Below, piece after piece: positions 60,510-64,000 of a stretch of DNA of 64,000 bases. A model generated the notes under the pieces. It was given only the letters and a program-made list of their open reading frames with translations, was not told the origin of the DNA and ran no database searches. The stretch lies in NCBI RefSeq assembly GCF_009914755.1, contig NC_060943.1. The stretch is one strand, 5' to 3'. Each line of letters opens with the position of its first letter. The stretch's first letter is position 1. A program made the translations under genes and the position numbers. The stretch comes from the human T2T-CHM13v2.0 reference genome, Homo sapiens.

Positions 60510-61060
60510 GTGCAGCCACCACCTGTAATTCCAGAGTGTTCTCATCACCTGCAAAGGGAGCCCTGGCCCCATCAGCAGCCAGCCTTCCACACCATCCTTT
60601 CCAGAACCTTCCCACCTTCCCAAATTGAGACGCTGTCTTCGTGAAACGTTCACTCCCGTGCCCTCTCCAGCCCCTGGCACCCCCATCCTACTTTCTGGCT
60701 CTGTGACTCTGAGGGCTCCAGGGACCTCCTAGGGGTGGAATCACACGGGATGAGGCCTGGTGTGTTTGGCGTCTCTCACTGAGTGTGACACCCTCGGTGC
60801 ATCCGCGCCATGGCCCGCGTCCGAGTCTCGCTCCTGTTCGTGGCTGAGTCGTGTTCCGGCGTGTGGGTGGCCACGTGTTTATTTCTGTGATAGATGTTTG
60901 CATGGCATCCGCGTGTGGCTGCTGCGAGCACCCGTGTCCGGTTCCCGTGTGGCTGCGTGATTCTTCTGTCAGGTGGACTTCTAGCGGTGGAACCGCTGGT
61001 CACAGGGCCACTCCCGGTTGGACCATTTGAGGAGCCGCAGACGGCCATCCATACCTGCAC
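60510..61060 (-). mobile_element. Old L1MB-like 3' fragment, GC-shifted
   Basis: ccagcccctggcacccccatcctactttctggctctgtga...gggacctcctaggggtggaatcacac...ggcgtctctcactgag matches an antisense L1M 3' end. Confidence 0.7.
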
Positions 61061-61388
61061 TGTTTGGGTCCCCTGCCGGGTTTTGGGGACTGGATCTCTG
61101 CACAGCGACGACCACTCCCCTCTTCCGGTGACTTGGTTTCTCCTGTCCTTCGGCCCGATGCTTCTCTGGCCTGCAGGGCATCAGGGACCCTGCTGTCCTG
61201 ATCCCCATGCCGTCTAGAAAGCCAGGGGTCCTGCATGTGCCCGGTGTCCCCACTGCCTTGTCAGGCACAGGGCCAGATCCTGCACCCTGTGACGAGCACG
61301 GCCAGTGGGACAGACAGATGGATGTGCTGCCCGTGACCTTCGCCACAGCGAGTTCAGAGGCCGGAGGCATCCAGTGTCCACAGAGTGA

Positions 61389-61709
<321 letters not shown>

Positions 61710-62469
61710 TGATCTCCAGACCTCGTGATCCGCCCTCCTCGGCCTCCCAAAGTGCTGGGATTACAGGCGTGAGCCACCGCGCCTGGCCATTAATGTTTAT
61801 TTTTAAGTAGCAAAAGAGAACTCAGCAGTGTTGGAGAACTTGAACATTACAGCAACATCTGAAGAAGATGTTCTTTCACAAACCTCAGATTCCAGGAGAT
61901 GAGCACCGTCCGCTTTTCAGAGAAAATTGTCTGAGGCCTCTGGGAGACAGGAGGGGGTGCACTTAGAAACAGCCAAGGCCTCCTTCCATGTTGGGACGGA
62001 CGGGCCTTCCTGGGCTGGCCCGGCCTAAATCTGCTGCCGCCCACCGAACACCAAGGCACCTTCTCGTGCCCCAGAGGCCACCAGCACCCGTCCCCCTGCC
62101 TCCCTCCAGCCAGCGTCAGGTGGGGACCTGGCCGCTGGAAGGGAGGTGTCACCTGCTCTGGGGCATCCAGGAGGGAGGGGCTGCGGGAGTTTTGCTGGAG
62201 ACCCTCCAGGTGGGAGTTATGGGGTATCATGGCGGAGCGTGTTGGGAAGTTTTCGGTGAGCTGGGCGTTTATTCGCCTTGGTGCCCCCCTAGATCCCTGG
62301 GTGATCCCCGTGCCCAGTTTTCAGGGGAGACCATGGGGGTCAGAGAGCTGGCCAGGCGGGTGGTCTGTGTCTGTCCCCTGCTGTTGAAATGAGGGGAGGT
62401 GAGAGGAGACGCCGTGTGCCTGGGGAGGCAACACTTTCTACCGTTTGCTGGTTTATAAAAATCAAAGAT

Positions 62470-63328
<859 letters not shown>

Positions 63329-63588
63329 ATTCTCTGCTGTTTTCTGACTCAACATCATGAAACAGGACCTTAAGCTGAGAAGTGGTGAGATTGGGGCCAT
63401 CCTCATTTCCACATAAGGCCGTGTTCCTGTTTACTGGGGACTAGGACTTGGCATGTCTTTTTCGGGGATAGCCCAACCCTTCTGTGTGAAAGGGGTCGTG
63501 ATGGTCACTGCAGGACAGCAAGCACACCTTGGCCCCTCAGTGGGCAGTGGGTGCAGGGCTGGACGAGGGCCCAGGGGGCAGAAGCTAG

Positions 63589-63909
<321 letters not shown>

Positions 63910-64000
63910 TGATCTTCCCACCTCGGCCTCCCAAATTGTACGTATCTTTTTAGTAACGATATATTTGACGATGATTAAAAAAACCCGATCCTTGAAGGCC

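Overview
Human (primate) genomic DNA that is GC-rich and very Alu-dense. I recognise it as the chr19p13.3 SCAMP4/ADAT3 - CSNK1G2 region. About 1-16.2 kb is intergenic Alu/L1/LTR sequence. A CpG-island promoter at about 16.4-17.2 kb drives a short non-coding exon 1 (donor after 16756). That exon is shared by two unrelated genes. ADAT3 (pseudo-catalytic subunit of the tRNA A34 deaminase) has a single coding exon, 23361-24464, with its own AATAAA, nested in SCAMP4 intron 1. SCAMP4 has six coding exons that I assembled by hand: 7+129+157+102+118+177 = 690 nt, 229 aa, with poly(A) signal at 37300. A second CpG island at about 52 kb holds the promoter and non-coding exon 1 of CSNK1G2 (identified from locus knowledge; no CSNK1G2 CDS is in the window), followed by intron 1. 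Nearly all other ORFs in the track are Alu read-throughs or GC-rich shadows. I see no wholly new protein-coding system. The best leads are regulatory: the ADAT3/SCAMP4 splice/poly(A) switch, two ADAT3 acceptors with an overlapping uORF, a 37-codon uORF in CSNK1G2 exon 1, a CRE + RFX X-box promoter cluster, and candidate CTCF sites. Repeat subfamily names and boundaries are by-eye estimates.
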